A DNA stretch of 64,000 nt from an uncultured Nitrososphaeraceae archaeon (GCA_963765895.1 CAVXZB010000064.1:32001-96000), one strand, 5' to 3'; counted from the first letter of the stretch, positions 32,758 through 44,644 are shown. Numbers and translations are program-made. The notes: generated from the letters alone by a model not told the origin.

Positions 32758-33987
32758 GTAACGTCAGCCAGCTGGCCTCGACCCCTGACCCAAAAACGTC
32801 TAATGAAAAGTATAGGCATTTGTACGTTGTAATAGAACAGGAAGAGGGTAATCTGTTACCAGTGAATTTCGAAATGTTAGGTGAGGCAAGGAGATTGATG
32901 GATGGATTTAATCTACGATATTCTGCCGAAGAGAAGGTTGTAGCCATTTTGCTTGGCAATGAAATGAGAAGTCAGTGTGACAAATTAATCAGCTATGGAG
33001 CTGATGCTGTGATATATGCAGAGAATCCGGAGCTCAAATACCATAGGAATCCGGTCTACACTAGAGTCATAAGCCAAATTGCAAATGATAGGGATTGTAG
33101 TAAGAAAATATCGGCCCGATACAGCGAAGAATTTAAGAGACCTCGATTCATGTTTTTTTCTGCAGATGATACTGGAAGGCATCTTTCGGCTACTGGTACT
33201 TGCTGAATTGGACTCTGGACTAGCCTCGGACATAAACAAACTTGTGATTGATGATATTGAATTAAAACACGAACACAAGACTAAGGGTCAAGTTGAAAAA
33301 TATTTTAAGACGTTGGAAATGTACAGACCTGACTTCTCAGGATTCCTGTGGACCACAATATTATGTCTTGATAACAGGCATCCTAATAACAGGAGGGAAT
33401 ACCATCCCCAGGCATGTAGTATTATTCCGGGGGTTTTTCAACCAGTCGAACCAGATAATAATAGAAAAGGTGTCATAGTGGATTACAAGGCAACACTGAA
33501 TACAAATGATTTGAGCGTCAAGATTTTAAATAGAAGGGTCGTAAAAAGCCCAATTGACTTTGACAGTCACAAGGCGATTGTGAGCTTTGGCCGTGGCATT
33601 AATGATTCTCCAGAAGAAAACATAGCATTGATTGACACTCTTAAACAGGAACTAGGGGCAGAAGTTGGCGTTTCGTTACCAATTTCGAAAAAAACTTACA
33701 ATATTTCAAACTCTAGATTGTCAGCCTATATAACAGCTGAACGGGTGATTGGCACAAGCGGCCGAAAGGTGGCCCCTACCTTGTACATTGCAGTAGGCAT
33801 TAGCGGAGCGATGCAACATATAGCTGGCATGAAAGAATCAGAATTTGTCATTGCGATTAACCCTGATACAGACTCGCCAATTAGAGATGAGTGCGACATA
33901 TTCATTAAAGGACAGATGGAAGATGTACTGCCCATGTTAATTGAAGAGCTTAGACAACAAAAAGCAATGGTGGAAGTGAGGAGCTAA
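32754..33987 (+). CDS. fixB: Electron transfer flavoprotein alpha subunit (FixB), frameshift near 33195
   Basis: EMLGEARRL, YGADAV, GRHLS; IGTSGRKVAPTLYIAVGISGAMQHIAGM. Confidence 0.9.
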
Positions 33988-33991
33988 CAAA

Positions 33992-35864
33992 ATGGAAAAG
34001 TTCGATGTAGCGATTATTGGCGGAGGTTCTGCCGGCCTAGCCGCACTAAAACAGCTATCAAATCTTGGAAAGCAGGCCGTGTTATTAGAAAGTGGAAAAG
34101 CGATCGGTTCAAAGAGCATATCTGGAGGCATACTATATTCAAAAAAACCTAAACACGGTAGGGCTTACAATGTCGAAGATGTCTACGGACAAGAATTTGT
34201 CACAGAGGCCCCTCTAGAAAGATCGATTACGAAATACATCCTACATGCTACTTCGAATGATAAGGTATTTTCTATTGACCTCAGTTCTGCTCACAGCTAC
34301 CAGACCAACTTTGCTTACTCGGTACTTATGAATAAATTAAATTCTTGGTTTGCAAAGCAAGCAGGCGAAATCGCAGAAAAATACGGAGGGGGCATAATTC
34401 CAGGCGTTCATGTTCAGTCAATAGAGTGGAAGAATGGGACTACGATTGTTGAAACGAATGAATTAGAAACATTCCAAGTAAAAGCAATAATTGCTGCTGA
34501 TGGTGTCAATTCTGAGGTAGCAGAGCTCACAGGTGCTCGGCCGAAATTTATTCCGCAAGAGTTGTACCAAGGTGCCAAAGTCATAATTAAATTACCTGAA
34601 CAAATTATGGAACAAAGATTCAACATATCAGAAAATGACGGTGCTGCACATTTATTCTCTGGCGACATAGCTCAAAGACATATTGGGGGCGGATTTCTTT
34701 ATACTAATAGAGATACAATATCTCTTGGTGGTGTCTATCACTATGATTCGCTCTTAGATAGGGTTGTCGAACCTTACGAGCTCATTAATAAATTGATCCT
34801 AAACCCTATGGTAAGCGAATTCATAAAAGATGAAGTACCGCAGAAAGAAGAAATTGACAAAACTCTACCCAAAGAAGAGCAACTAAGAATCAGGTTTGCG
34901 GTAAGCAAATTGATTAGAACTTGGCAAGACTTGCGTCAGTCTTATTACTCGACATCGAGCACAGAAGACCTCATAAAAAGTGGGAAATATAAAACACGAG
35001 AGGAGATAGTAGCTAGGCTCGAAATGATTCGCAAAGAACTCGTTTCGAAGTATAGTACGAGATTTATCACCGACTACGTCGAATTGGAATACAGTGCCAA
35101 ACTTGTACCTGACGGAAAGAGATGTAGAATGAAGAAACCAAATCACAATAATGTGCTGTTCGTTGGAGACGCTGCAGGCAGGGGAATCTTTGTTGGTCCC
35201 CGCATTGAAGGAATCAATGTGGGCATAGACTGATGCGGTAAGAGCTGCCAACGCAATCTCAAGATCGCTCGACAGGAATAATTTTAACTACGAATATCTA
35301 GGAGGCTTCTATGCTCATTCTATTGATGAGAGTCCCTACACAAGGGATATGAAACAAATAGACAAAGACTATCTTAAGATCTTTCTAAATGCTACAAAAG
35401 ATATTCCCAAAGACATCATAGGCTCAAGATATAGCATGATATTTAAGCTGATGTCAAGTGAGACCTTCAGGGGGCTTGCCGTAGGGTTTGCTAATATCTT
35501 AGGATATGATCGACTTCTTCCAATATTAGAATCTGAAGAAACATATAATCAAGTCCCTATCGAACTCGCCGAAAAACTGGGTAAACGATTGAAATCTGAT
35601 TATCGACCATCTATACCATCGATCGCAGAGCGAGTTGCGAAATTAAAGTACGATGACGACACTGTATCTCACATTAAAGTTAATAATCCGACCAGCGAGT
35701 TTATGAAAAAAATGGTCTTGCTATGCCCTACAAAATGTTATACTATAGAAGAAAACCAGGTCGTACTCCAGCACGAGGGCTGCATCGAATGCGGTACGTG
35801 TGCTCCAGAAACTCAGTGGCGACATCCACGAGGAGAAAAAGGTATATCCTATCAATATGGCTAG
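33992..35864 (+). CDS. fixC: FixC flavoprotein fused to FixX ferredoxin, frameshift at ~35231
   Basis: GGGSAG, AADGVNS, VGDAAG; removing one base at 35231 gives an open frame into the 35349 ORF ending CPTKCY...CIECGTC...WRHPRGEKGISYQYG. Confidence 0.85.
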
Positions 35865-35883
35865 GTATGTGATTCTTCACATA

Positions 35884-36432
35884 CTATTTCCATTTAATCG
35901 AGCATCCAATTGAAGGGTCAAAGCCATTCTTAATTTTACCACCTGCTAGTAATGTTTTTATATTATCTTCCATTATGTGAGTTTTAGCAATACTGTTAGG
36001 TTCAACAGCATCATTTATCCTACCGTGGTAGACCAGTCGTCTCTCACCATTAAACAGATAAGGATCAGGAGTACAAACTGCACCATATCTTATTGCCACA
36101 TCCTGAGCTTCGTCTATAAGATAGGGAAAATTCAATTGGTATTTTTCATAAAACTTTTTCATATTCTCAAATCCCTCCTCATCGTATGATGGATCGTTAC
36201 TATTAATACAAATGACCTGTAACTCGGACTTTTTGAATCTTGATTGTATTCTTACTATGTCAGTGATTCTAGCTTTGACATAGGGACAGTGATTGCAAAT
36301 AAATATAACTAATAAAGCTTCGCTTTTCCCAAACATTTCCAACGTATATAATTTATTATCTGTGCCTTTAAGTTCAAATTGAGGTGCTACTGCACCTTCC
36401 TTTAGTACCTGTGTGGACTCTGTTTTTACCAT
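35884..36432 (-). CDS. Thioredoxin/AhpC-like redoxin
   Basis: FICNHCPYV, AVCTPD, Y.GRI.D, SIGCSIKW. Confidence 0.9.
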   Translation of the reverse strand: MVKTESTQVLKEGAVAPQFELKGTDNKLYTLEMFGKSEALLVIFICNHCPYVKARITDIVRIQSRFKKSELQVICINSNDPSYDEEGFENMKKFYEKYQLNFPYLIDEAQDVAIRYGAVCTPDPYLFNGERRLVYHGRINDAVEPNSIAKTHIMEDNIKTLLAGGKIKNGFDPSIGCSIKWK

Positions 36433-36665
36433 TAACTGATCAGTGCATAATATACTAATAAAAATATTCTATTCTTCGCTAAATTCCTATGCATCTATGA
36501 ATAACCATTTGAAACAACTATCTTTGGTCTTTCGCGTGTCATAATACATAAATGCCACTTGTGGCTTTTCATGTACAGAAATCTCATCTGGTTATACTAA
36601 CGTTAGTTGTTGGAATTAATTATTGACTAGCCAATATTTTAGACTTGATTTTCTTATGCCTGTAC

Positions 36666-36768
36666 TGTCGCGACATGGAATTTCGAATTCAGAACATACT
36701 CGTATTTTCAGTATGTTGGCATTTAGAGGAGCATGAATACGAAATTACCCCCGAATATCCAAGGGATA
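36666..36768. promoter_or_regulatory. Cluster of palindromes upstream of amt
   Basis: TGTCGCGACA (36666-75), GAATT-N3-AATTC (36678-90), AACATACT-N9-AGTATGTT (36693-717), TATCC-N3-GGATA (36756-68). Confidence 0.45.
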
Positions 36769-36800
36769 AATAGTATAAGGATTATTTCTACTCTGGTAAA

Positions 36801-38027
36801 ATGCCAATAGATACCGGTGACACTAGTTGGATGCTAATGTGTACCGGACTAGTTATGCTTATGACCCCTGCTCTAGGGTTCTTTGAGGCAGGCCTGATCC
36901 GAAGTAAGAATTCTCTTTCTGTAATCATGCAGACTTTCTCCGGTTTGGCAATACTATCAGTACTTTGGTTCATTATCGGCTTTACACTTGTTTATGCTCC
37001 ATCATTTGGTGGTATTATTGGTAAATTAGATTGGGCCTTTTTTAATGAGGTACCTTTTAAGACATCATTAGGATACGCCCCAACTATTCCTGGTGTTACT
37101 TTTGGAACCTATCAAATGATGTTTGCTGTAATAACACCGCTCCTAATCACCGGTGCATTTGCGGAGAGGCTAAAATGGAGTTCTTTCCTAATATTCATAG
37201 TAGCCTGGAGCTTGCTGGTCTACTATCCCTTAGCTCACTGGGTCTGGGGCAAGGGCTGGCTTGCGAAATTAGGAGTTTTTGACTTTGCTGGAGGAATAGT
37301 TATACATACTAGCGCCGGCATGGGCTCTCTTGCTGCTGCCCTTGTACCTGGACGTCGCCGCGATTTTGGTCCGGATATAATGGTTCCTCACAATATCCCT
37401 TTGGCAGTGTTAGGTGCGGCATTATTGTGGATAGGTTGGTTTGGTTTTAATGCAGGAAGCGCATTAGCATCAGGGAGTCTGGCTGCAAATACTCTATTGG
37501 TATCACATATTGCCTCTGCTACATCTGCTACAGTTTGGATCCTCTTGTCGTGGAAGAGATCAAAGAAGGCCTCGACCACAGCAGTAATAAATGGAGCGGT
37601 GGCAGGTCTTGCAGGTGTGACTCCAGCGGCAGGGTACATAACTGCACAAAGCTCATTCTTCTTGGGCCTAATTTTAGGACTAGTATCTTATTATGCGATC
37701 CTACTCCTTAAGGAACATTGGAAGATAGATGATGCATTGGATGTGAGTTCGGTTCATGGTATTACGGGGATAGTGGGTTCATTAGCAATTGGTCTTGTAG
37801 CTACTACAATAGTGAATCCCCATGGACCTACCGGTCTTATTTATGGAAATCCTATTCAACTTGCAATTCAAGCGCTAGGGATAGCCGTGGCTGCTGGCAT
37901 GGGATTTATAGGAACTCTCGTGATCATGAAAATTATAAGAAGGACTATCGGTTTGAGGGTAGAAGAGCACGAGGAAGATATAGGTTTAGACATCGCACAG
38001 CACGCGGAGAGGGCGTATGTTGAGTAA
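36801..38027 (+). CDS. amt: Ammonium transporter
   Basis: DFAGGIVIH, GWFGFNAGS, IDDALDVSSVHG; both pore histidines present. Confidence 0.97.
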   Translation: MPIDTGDTSWMLMCTGLVMLMTPALGFFEAGLIRSKNSLSVIMQTFSGLAILSVLWFIIGFTLVYAPSFGGIIGKLDWAFFNEVPFKTSLGYAPTIPGVTFGTYQMMFAVITPLLITGAFAERLKWSSFLIFIVAWSLLVYYPLAHWVWGKGWLAKLGVFDFAGGIVIHTSAGMGSLAAALVPGRRRDFGPDIMVPHNIPLAVLGAALLWIGWFGFNAGSALASGSLAANTLLVSHIASATSATVWILLSWKRSKKASTTAVINGAVAGLAGVTPAAGYITAQSSFFLGLILGLVSYYAILLLKEHWKIDDALDVSSVHGITGIVGSLAIGLVATTIVNPHGPTGLIYGNPIQLAIQALGIAVAAGMGFIGTLVIMKIIRRTIGLRVEEHEEDIGLDIAQHAERAYVE

Positions 38028-38086
38028 CTTGAGATTTCATACCCCTAAACATCATATTTATGGGGAAAGGAGTAAATGAGCACCAA

Positions 38087-38438
38087 ATGAAGATGGTCCA
38101 AGCAATCATAAGGGCAGAGAGGATGCCTGATTTGAAGGAACATTTAAGATCAATTGGTGTCGGAGGCATGACAGTCTATACAGTATCAGGTTGGAGCAAG
38201 AAGAGAGAACTTCATCTTCAGTGGAGGGGTCAGCCCGTATCCTATGATCTTATACCAAGGACAAAATTTGAAATCGTTATTCCGGACGAGCAGACTAGAT
38301 ACTGTGATACGGACAATAACTGAACACGCTAGGTCGGGTAGCAGTGGTGATCATGGAGATGGCATAATATTTGTTTCTACCATAGAACATGCTATAAATA
38401 TTGCGACATTAGAAAAAGATGAGAAAGGTATCAAATGA
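38087..38438 (+). CDS. glnK: PII nitrogen regulatory protein, frameshift near 38290
   Basis: MKMVQAIIR...GVGGMTV and GDGIIFVS; directly downstream of amt. Confidence 0.85.
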
Positions 38439-38567
38439 GTAAATTGCATCGGCAACCATATCGAAATCGAAAAACGAAAATGAATATGACTGAGCAGAGA
38501 ATGGTATCTAAAAATTCATATTGCCTAACTGCTCTTCTAAATTTTGTAGTGTGTTGTAGAAAAAATT

Positions 38568-38912
38568 ATGAAGCGTATAGATATAATTATACCACATGAA
38601 CGAATACGCGACGTTAACGAAATTCTTCATAATCACAAAGTTGGTGGGCTAAGTTTTTACGATATTAAAGGCAGAGGTCGGGCCAAACGTGAACCTATTG
38701 CGGTGGGTCGTGGTGTTATGCGATATGTACCAGAATTCGGATCCAGAACCAAAGTTGAGGTTCTAGTTTCAGACGACAAGGTAAAACCTATAATCCAGGA
38801 TATCATAGACGAGATGAGCACGGGCTCTTTTTCAGATGGCAAAATATTTCTATACGATGTTCTTGACGCCTACGATATAGGCACTAAGGAGACTCGAGAC
38901 AAGGCATTATAA
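38568..38912 (+). CDS. glnB: PII nitrogen regulatory protein
   Basis: KGRGR, T-loop RY, KVEV, DGKIF. Confidence 0.9.
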   Translation: MKRIDIIIPHERIRDVNEILHNHKVGGLSFYDIKGRGRAKREPIAVGRGVMRYVPEFGSRTKVEVLVSDDKVKPIIQDIIDEMSTGSFSDGKIFLYDVLDAYDIGTKETRDKAL

Positions 38913-39042
38913 TTCCGACCTTATTAGTATGTGTGATGCGTCATACAATATGAACTAGACAATTAGAAGGAAAACAATTCAAGATCTCAATACTTTGGTC
39001 GATCAAAAAAGGTTATTCAGTGATAGGCCTGATATATGACTA

Positions 39043-39426
39043 TTAGGATAATTTCGAGATCAGCTCCTTATACTTCATGATTAAATCAGGATCAACAACT
39101 CCTTGTACCACCATAATGTTACCATCTTGGAGTCTTATATCCATAGCCACAGCGCTGTAGGGGATTTCAAATTCCTCGATCTTTGATTCATCAGATGTGT
39201 CAAACATAATTTTGCATTCTCCATTATTACACGTATAACCAAAGATCCTTTCAACACGTCTTGAACCCGATCCACCGCCCCGCCCTCCGGCTGATCCCCT
39301 AGATTCCTGCACGATCAAAAAAAATATATCAATTTTGTTTCTCTTAGATAAATCTATTTCAGTACTGGAAACAAGAAGTTTTCTAGCGGGTAAAGCAAAT
39401 ACATCCTCTATTGAATTCATTGCCAC
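39043..39426 (-). CDS. Conserved hypothetical protein
   Basis: 127-aa ORF with Gly-rich GSAGGRGGGSGSRR loop. Confidence 0.65.
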   Translation of the reverse strand: MAMNSIEDVFALPARKLLVSSTEIDLSKRNKIDIFFLIVQESRGSAGGRGGGSGSRRVERIFGYTCNNGECKIMFDTSDESKIEEFEIPYSAVAMDIRLQDGNIMVVQGVVDPDLIMKYKELISKLS

Positions 39427-39566
39427 GAAAGCCTTATGACATAGGAATTTTGCATTGTTAATTATGCTCTCTGCGTTTTCAAATCAGACTATCGATCAGC
39501 ATAGTGCGATTATGATACACACAATGACACAAAGAAAATGTTTTTGCCTCTTGGAAGAAGTGCGGA

Positions 39567-41016
39567 TCAAGTTTCACCAATATTGTTGTCACCATATCCA
39601 TTTCTTGAGGATAATGCCTGGTTGGGCTGTAATACCATTTTTTTTTGCTGTCTATACCTTCTATAATCTTCATCTACCTCTATTGCTGACGCCAATATCT
39701 TACTTCTTATTGACTTGGAAGATTGTAAGAACATTTTAGTATCTTTTGGTAGACAATGACCACCTATTCCATCTCTTGGTTCAAGTATATTCACATTCCA
39801 TTTTGTATTTAGTGCATCTCGTAGTTCTGCAAAGTTTATGTTATTTGCTTGACAGTAAAGATACAGATCTTCTGCAAATGCTATTTGTAGATATCTGTTA
39901 GCATTTTCAGCAATCTTTGTAATTTCAGCAATTTCTATTTGAGGTACTGCATGCATACGAATATCCAAGCTCTTTTTGTGTGGATTTATTGTAGCCTGTT
40001 GTTGTTGTAGTTGTTCTTCATCTGTGACGATGTTATCATAATAATTATTATTTTCACTATTTTCTTTATCTTTATTATTATTATTATTATTATCTAGATT
40101 GCCTTTCTTTTCTGATTCTATTTCTATTCCGTATGCTTGACCCTTTATTTCTCCATTTATTCGTACTCTACCATCATAAAACTCCATAGCTACATCTAGA
40201 CAGCATTGACAGACTCCACCAAGTACTCGTAGTTGATTGACACCGTGTTCTTCTTGTTCTAATGCATACCAGCGATGAGGTGCATGAGCTACATGCAGTC
40301 TATGATTAAGCATTTCAAATACCTTCTTTGATGTACCTTTTGGAATAGTACTTTCTATTGAAACTAGTGCTCCATTCTTTGCTTCTTTTGATATCTTTTC
40401 AACTATAGATAATAGACCATCTATTTGTGGAGAAAACATGTCATCTGGTTTGTGTGTAGAAACACAGATGATAAAGACATCAAACGGACTAAAATCATAT
40501 GCAACGGAAGTATTACCATCATAATTATTATTATTATTATTATTATTATCTACTACTACTTACACTAACACTAGCACTATTACCATTATTTCTGGAGCTA
40601 TTATTGTTATTATTACTATCTCCAATCCTTTTTATTCCAGCTATTTTCTGTGCACGATCCATTGCTTTTGTACTTATGTCATAACCATATGTATCAAATC
40701 CACCTCTGTCCTTGATGTATTTTGCTACTGGTAAACCAAGTTGACCCAAGCCTATTACAAGAACTTTGCTAGACGAACTCTTATTTGCGGGGTAACTCGC
40801 TTGTGTGCCAAGATATTCTAAACCAATTTCTGAGGTTCGGTAAAGACCTTGAACCTTTTGATATCTAATCAAATCAGAAGCCATTAGACTGGTAAGATAA
40901 CTGTAGAATTGGTTATGAGTAAGAAACGCCCTGAACATGATTTCGGTTTTAGTCGCACCGGCACTTGCAGCAGTTAAAATTTGTGTCCTGATTTCCTTGT
41001 CTGTTCTCTTTCTCAT
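39567..41016 (-). CDS. wHTH fused to a C-terminally truncated nucleotide-sugar dehydrogenase with poly-Asn inserts; frameshift near 40560
   Basis: TKTEIMFRAFL...YRTSEIGLEYL wHTH in frame with IGLGQLG; after the shift DVFIICVSTH, IESTIPKGT, GIGGHCLPKD. Confidence 0.75.
40072..40092. repeat. (TTA)7 microsatellite encoding poly-Asn on the minus strand
   Basis: Direct read of sequence. Confidence 0.9.
40525..40559. repeat. (TTA)8 plus (TAC)3 microsatellite
   Basis: Direct read of sequence. Confidence 0.9.
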
Positions 41017-41462
41017 TTATGATAATATTCTAAATGAGAGCATGGATAAAAGCAAAATCAAACTTTATTATAGTAAATACAGTAGTATAAGTTGACTACC
41101 AAAATAATCTGAACATTTTTAAGCTTGGCTAGCGGTAGTTATCCTGAATTTTCTGTAATAAGATTACTATATTTCAGCTAATCGTAGTAGGCCAAGACTG
41201 ACAGGTGGATTTTATTAACTGAGGATAAAGCGAGCTTTCAGCACGTTCATTAATAGTCAAGAAATCCTTCGATCCGACACGGTGGTCAATCTGAAATACA
41301 AAGATGACGGTAGGATTTGAGAATTACTCAACAGCTTACTGCCTAATGCCAGCGCTCGATATCTCTTATCTAGCAAGCAGAGAATGCGCGTCGATAATCT
41401 GTTATACATCAAAATTGTATCTAAAACAATCTTATTATAACAATAAAGCTTTAAGGATTTGA

Positions 41463-42867
41463 ATGACCGAGGTCAATCTTGAGGACGTATCATCCGTATT
41501 CCTAAGTGAATCCTCGACCGAAATTCGTAAAAGAATGAAGTCTGGTGAGCTTAAGATAGCTGTCTATGGATTAGGTCATGTGGGGTCGAGTATTGCCTCG
41601 GTGTGGCTTAGAGCCGGTGCCCATGTTATTGGTCTAGACAAATCGCAGAGCATAGTCAAGAATGCATCAAATGGGATAACACACATTCCTGAACCTGGTG
41701 TCAATGAAGCATTTAGCGAGGGTATTAGAGAAAAAAGGTTTAACGCATTTGAAAATGAGTCACAAATACAACAACATTGTGCCTTCAAAATAATTTGCGT
41801 ACCAGTCCTATCCAAAGACCAAAAGGCCGACTTAACTGCGGTAGAGGAAGTAGCCAAAGCATTAGCCTTACGTTTGCAGAAGGGTGATGTAATCGCATTA
41901 AATCCAAGCGTTCCACCTGGAACTACCGAAGAAGTCTTGGTACCGATCTTGGAGCAGAAAAACATACATTCATTAAGAGTCGAAAAAGACTTTTATGTGA
42001 TCTACAATCCGGAGAGGATCTATGTTGGACGGGCTATTGAAGATATAGAGCAGAATTACCCCGCTATCGTTGCTGGAGCCGGCAAGCTAAGTTTACAAAT
42101 AGGAATAAAGCTCTATTCTTTAGTCTTTAATAGAGGCGTCAGAGCCATGACAAACATTAGGACTGCTGAAGCCGAGAAGCTTTTTGAGGGTGTTTATCGA
42201 GATGCAAACATTGCTCTGGCCAATGAACTTGCCAAACTCTGCGACAGACTAGGGATTGATTTCTGGGAGGTTCAAACTGCTGCCTAATTCACAACCATTT
42301 TGCCACATCCACGACCCAGGAATAGGAGTGGGTGGTGCTTGCATACCGGTTTACCCGCAGTTTGTTTTGGAAGCTGCAAAGAAAGTTAATGCAGAAGGAG
42401 ATTTAATTAGGTTGGCGCGATCAATTAATGATGACATGCCTAGGTATGCTGTGGAACGTGCAATGGCGCTGTTAGGAAGGCACAGGAAACTCGGAAAGCA
42501 TCCCTTGGTTATAACACTTCTCGGTCTAGCATTTCGAGGAAATGTTTCTGATACACGACTCTCTCCAACATATTCCGTTATTAACGAACTGAAGAAGTAT
42601 GATGTTTCAGAAATAAGGATCCATGATCCACTTGTGCAGCGGGATCCTATAGTAGAAAAAGAAGAAAATGTTGTTCTCTATTCTGATATCAAGAAAGCAA
42701 TGGCAGGTGCCGATCTAGTAATAGTTGTTGCCAACCACAGCGAATATCAAAGTCTAAATCCCGATGTTATAAGAAACGCAGTAGTCTATGACGGAAGACG
42801 AGTATTATCTGATAACTTCAAACATAATAAAAAAGTTCTGTATGAATCATTAGGTATGGGTTTGTAA
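41463..42867 (+). CDS. Nucleotide-sugar dehydrogenase (WecC/WbpO-like), frameshift near 42284
   Basis: GLGHVG, PGTTE, PERI, AEAEKLFE, GVGGACIP, LGLAFR, C-terminal UDP-binding domain. Confidence 0.9.
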
Positions 42868-42996
42868 AGCGATTCTTGGACAATCCTTATTGAAAAGGTT
42901 GATATATAAAAATTTGATAAAATAATGAAAGCGGACAAGGTAGATTCTTAACAGTAATGAAATTTAATATATCTCTAAGAGAGAACAGATCCGCTA

Positions 42997-44067
42997 TTGA
43001 AATCAAAGAGTAACCAAGACTACGGTGGTCTAGTAACGATATCCTGGCAGGACAATTCGGTGATTATGATAGACCAGACAAGGCTTCCTAACAAACTTGT
43101 ATATCGTAAGCTTCGAAATTACACTGAAGTAGCCGATGCTATAAAAAAGTTGAGAATAAGAGGTGCTCCCGCGATAGGAGTAGCTGGTGCTATGGGACTT
43201 GCACTAGCATGCATAAAGAGCAGTTCGGCTAACAAAAACGGGCTAATTGTTGATTTACAACACGCCTACGACATTTTACTGTCTACCCGTCCTACAGCCA
43301 TTAATTTGTTTTGGGCCTTGGAGAGAATTATGAAAGTCGCAAGAAAAGGGAAAAGAGTCAAGGAAATTCAGGATATTGTCGTTAGGGAGGTTATTAAAAT
43401 GGCAGAGGAGGATATTTGGATAAACCGAAAAATGGGAAAAATAGGCTCAGGGTTATTTAAAAATGGTGAGACAGTCATGACACATTGTAACGCCGGATCA
43501 TTAGCAACTGTAGGGTTTGGTACGGCTTTAGGCGTCATTAGGGCTGTCAAAGAGTCCGGTAAGAGTATAAACGTGGTCGCCACAGAGACAAGACCAGTTT
43601 TACAGGGTTCTCGATTAACGGCTTTTGAACTTCAACATGATGGTATAGATGTGACCCTGGTACCTGATACCGGCGTCGGTATCTTGATGGCAAAAGGTAT
43701 AATAAAACGGATTATAGTAGGGGCTGATAGAATACTACGGACTGGCCATGTGTTCAATAAAGTAGGCACATATCAGATCGCTACCCTGGCTAGGGCGCAT
43801 AAAGTCCCTTTTTATGTGGCTGCTCCTCTTTCAACATTTGATCTCAAAAGTCGAGTTGAAGACGTAGTAATAGAGGAAAGAGATTCAAAAGAGGTAACTA
43901 CTATGGTGGGGAGAAGAATAGCTCCAAAAGGCATACGCATATTTAATCCCGCATTTGATGTGACTCCTCCACATTTGATTTCAACTATTGTAACTGAAAA
44001 AGGACTACTAAGGCAGCCCCTAAGTGAATCTATTCGTAATATATTCAAGTTACCGATGATCTCATGA
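42997..44067 (+). CDS. mtnA: Methylthioribose-1-phosphate isomerase
   Basis: IRGAPAIG, TRPTAINL, THCNAGSLAT, ETRPVLQGSRLT, NPAFDVTP. Confidence 0.95.
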   Translation: MKSKSNQDYGGLVTISWQDNSVIMIDQTRLPNKLVYRKLRNYTEVADAIKKLRIRGAPAIGVAGAMGLALACIKSSSANKNGLIVDLQHAYDILLSTRPTAINLFWALERIMKVARKGKRVKEIQDIVVREVIKMAEEDIWINRKMGKIGSGLFKNGETVMTHCNAGSLATVGFGTALGVIRAVKESGKSINVVATETRPVLQGSRLTAFELQHDGIDVTLVPDTGVGILMAKGIIKRIIVGADRILRTGHVFNKVGTYQIATLARAHKVPFYVAAPLSTFDLKSRVEDVVIEERDSKEVTTMVGRRIAPKGIRIFNPAFDVTPPHLISTIVTEKGLLRQPLSESIRNIFKLPMIS

Positions 44068-44644
44068 TAGACTAGGAATTGCATTTTATACTTTCACTAT
44101 CCAAAAACGATATGATATACAAGATTCAAGAGCCTTAGGTTGAGATTTTATATTCTTTATTACGAATTGGCATCAAAATTAGAATGAGATATATAATATG
44201 GATTATGCCGTATGATAACAAAGGGGATTTAGATTGGGCTACCCGCGCAGAGGACTACATAAATCTATATGTTCAATATCGCATAGTATTTACGAATAAG
44301 AAGATCTCCATCCCAGCCCGAAGTTAGGCTGTGCCAATAAGATAAATTTTGTAAGAATAACAAACAAAATCATTTATGTGCTCCATGGGCATAGAGATAC
44401 CTAAAAAGGACATGAATATCATGGCAATTAATCAGATTCCTCGACGTTCTCCTAGCTATTTACATAGATTTGTTTATTTGAGCCTTATTTGCATGCGGTT
44501 AGAGGATCATATTCATAATACATAATCGACTACATTAGTTCTATTATAATTCTCTGAAAGTACGATTTGTAAAGAGCAGCCATTGCTCAAATTTAAAGGA
44601 CTAACAATAAGTATTTATCGTATGTATGGTCAGGTACCCTAGGG

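Noticed and set aside
40499-40684. Poly-Tyr/Leu membrane-like ORF
   Set aside because: Antisense translation of the TTA microsatellites
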